Positions 17,391-20,000 of a DNA stretch of 20,000 bases are shown here, in pieces. The stretch comes from Coniocarpon cinnabarinum (taxonomy: Eukaryota), in assembly GCA_051942205.1 (NCBI GenBank), contig JAVECO010000122.1:51573-71572 (forward strand), read 5' to 3'. The notes under the pieces are model-generated. The model worked only from the letters and a program-made list of their open reading frames with translations, was not told the origin of the DNA and made no database searches. The number at the start of each line of letters is the position of its first letter. Position 1 is the stretch's first letter. The position numbers and the translations under genes were made by a program.

Positions 17391-20000
17391 ATGGAGAAGA
17401 TGGAGGAAGACGATCCGCAAGGTCGGCGCACCAAAAATTCAACACCTCTCAGTCAGCGTGACACTCCACGAAAGAGTTTGAGAAGAGTAACCTCCGTTGG
17501 CACACCTAGCACACCCACCCCGAAGATTGAAGACGAAGACAAAGTAGGCGGAGACATCACGGTGAAGATCGAACCCGGACAAGCACCCAAGCTTGCTCGA
17601 TCAAATTCTAAGAAGATACCTTCACGGCCAGCGCCCAAGTTCTTTGATCAGCAAGATGCGGCCTCAGAAGCAAAAAAGGGATACGAGTCACTGGACAAGT
17701 GTTCTTATGCTAACAAATTCCTTGGCTTGACTGATCCAGCGCTTGAGTGCGACTGCACTGAGGAATGGGGTATGTACAAGTTGTGTATCATATGGCGACT
17801 AACGAAGATCAAGACACTGACTAGTAACAGACTCTGTCGCAGAAGAGAACCATGCATGTGGGCCTGATTCCGATTGCATCAACCGAGCCACGCGCATGGA
17901 ATGTTTGGATGACTGCGGTTGTGGTAACGCTTGCCAAAACCAACGCTTCCAACGCAAGCAATACGCCGACGTGACCGTAATAAAAACAGCTCGTAAAGGA
18001 TACGGATTACGGACAAACGCCGACCTCTTTCCCCATGACTTCATTTTCGAGTATATTGGGGAAGTCATTGGGGAACAACAGTTCCAAAGACGGCGCCAGC
18101 AATATGACCGAGAGAACATCAAGCACTTCTATTTCATGTCCCTCAGCAAAGGAGAGTTTGTCGACGCGACTAAGAAGGGAAACCTCGGCCGTTTCTGCAA
18201 TCACTCGTGCAATCCAAATTGTTACGTGGATAAATGGGTGGTCGGCGACCGGCTGCGCATGGGAATTTTTGCTGAACGCAAAGTTGAAGCCGGCGAAGAA
18301 TTGACTTTCAACTACAACGTAGACCGATATGGCGCTGACCCCCAGCCTTGCTATTGCGACGAGCCGAACTGTACTGGCTACATTGGGGGCAAGACACAAA
18401 CAGAACGGGGTACAAAGCTGTCTGCCCTTGTCATCGAAGCGCTTGGCATTGACGACGCCGACGATTGGGACACGGCGGTGGCGAAGAAAAGCCAGAGGAA
18501 GAAGAAAATTGGAGAAGAGGACGAGGAGTACGTCGACAGTGTCCAGCCTAGGGCGCTGGACACCGACGCCGTTACCAAGGTCATGGCAACGTTGCGCCAA
18601 TGCAAGGAGAAGTGGATTGCTGTCAAGCTGCTCACTCGTCTCCAAAAGGCCGACGACGAACGCGTTCTAGGCCGCGTTGTGCGAATGCATGGTTACCAGG
18701 TCCTCAAGTCCGTTCTGAAAAACTTCAAGGACGATAGCAACGTCGTTCTACAAGTCTTTGATATCTTCAATCGCCTTCCACGCATTACGAAGAACAAGAT
18801 CCAGGATTCCAAGATCGAGGAAGAGGTCGAGCCACTGAAAAAGAACGATGATGAGGAAGTCAGTCGTCAGGCGATCGCTCTTTTGGAAACTTGGAGCAAA
18901 TTGGAAGTCGCGTATCGAATACCACGTATGAAAAGAGATCCGGTAGCATTGGCAAGGGAAGAGAAAGCTGAGCGTGAGGAGCGCCGCCGGGCTGCCAGAG
19001 ATAGAGAGCGCTCAAAAGAGCGATCCAAATCACCAGATGTGCCGAAAGGACCCAAAGCACCCACAGGTCCGAAGGGAGGAGCGCCACCAAGGCCTGCTTT
19101 CAGAGGTCCGCCGCCGTTTCGTCGAGGTCCTCCTCTTCCACCGCTGCCTCAAGGATGGTTTGCGGCTACGAATGCCGAGGGCAAGACGTATTATTACAAC
19201 ACCCAAGGACGTACTACGTGGGAGCGACCCACCGCCATTGCCGCCGTGGCGCCCCCGCCTCCTCCACCGAAGACGATCACACAAGAACAAAAGCTCCAGA
19301 ATATTATCGAAAGCATTACAAAAGCGGGACCTACGAAGGATAGCGATTCAAATGTCGCCACACCTGTTGCAGGCACACCTCGCAAAGATGAGCCGTCAAA
19401 GCCAAAGGAGAAATGGCGATCCATGAGTGAAGCCCATCAGATGAAGCTTTACGAAAACACCCTATTCCCTCACGTCAAGTACGTGATGGACAAGTATCGG
19501 GGAAAACTGGACAAGGAAGATCTGAAGCGTCTCTGTAAAGAAGTGTCGAAGAAGCTGGTCAATTCTGATTTCAAGAACAAACGAATCGAGGACCCTACCA
19601 AAATCTCAGATAGTCAATCTCGAAAAGTGAAGAAATATGTGAAGGACTTCCTGGACCGAGCGGTGGAGAAGAAGAAAGACAAGGACGCCCACAATGCCCG
19701 CAAAGCTGCGCGACAAGCGACTCGTTCAACAAATAGCACACAAAGACAGGCAAGCACAACGCCACGATCATCTCCACCGGCCAATGATCCATTGACTGGC
19801 AGACCGTGGGACGTGGCCCGAGACGAGGAAGCCGACGCCTCGGATCAAGAAATGGACGCCGAGCCGAGTCCTGACAACGGGTCCGAATCAGATCTCAAAA
19901 GAAAACGCGATGCTGAAGACACCCCTCTGACAGGTATCTCACCTGGAGACGAAGAGGATTTTCTTTCAGCGAAGAGGAGACGTTCTGACGACATAGCTAC
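17391..20000 (+). CDS. SET2: Histone H3K36 methyltransferase Set2, 3'-truncated by the window; exons 17391-17769 and 17831->20000
   Basis: Intron 17770-17830 (GTATGT...CTGAC...CAG) joins [33 protein letters not shown] (AWS). Then SET (KGYGLR...[10 protein letters not shown]...[20 protein letters not shown]...ELTFNYN), post-[16 protein letters not shown], a TFIIS-N-like helical region, WW domain [29 protein letters not shown], and SRI domain [18 protein letters not shown]. An in-frame stop at 17364 supports ATG 17391. Confidence 0.96.

Noticed and set aside
2085..19792. Numerous antisense and alternate-frame ORFs overlapping CEM1, ITT1, the NIF gene, PET127 and SET2 (e.g. 4114-4815, 11546-12274, 18007-18645)
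   Set aside because: Shadow ORFs expected from GC-rich codon bias; no independent domain signal.
1..20000. Secondary-metabolite cluster (ketosynthase + Zn2Cys6 factor), CRISPR array, transposon or RIP-mutated repeat
   Set aside because: The ketosynthase is the stand-alone mitochondrial FAS-II enzyme with no PKS, tailoring or transporter genes nearby. No spaced repeats, terminal repeats, transposase/RT motifs or AT-rich RIP tracts were seen.

Overview
Gene-dense eukaryotic DNA from a filamentous ascomycete (Pezizomycotina-like, inferred from short GT-AG introns with CTRAY branch sites and from the gene content). Conserved genes, in order: the 3' part of a Mid2/Wsc-like single-pass membrane protein, mitochondrial beta-ketoacyl synthase CEM1, an RWD-RBR ubiquitin ligase (ITT1/RNF14 type), an FCP1/NIF-family HAD protein with a DLNGT motif, PET127, a small spliced Rcf2-N/Rcf3-like membrane protein missing from the ORF track, and SET2 (runs off the right edge). 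Between the NIF gene and PET127 lies a lineage-specific-looking block (about 7.3-10.75 kb). It holds three tandem, same-strand copies of a module I do not recognise, about 30-35 aa long and probably helical (consensus L-x6-I-x3-F-G-x3-M). Copy A has an unknown N-terminal domain, copy B has a Zn(II)2Cys6 DNA-binding cluster instead, and copy C retains only the module (a frameshifted remnant or a spliced microprotein). This block is the most novel-looking element. No rRNA, tRNA, CRISPR array or transposon was recognised. All family assignments are from motif recognition by eye; no database searches were run.
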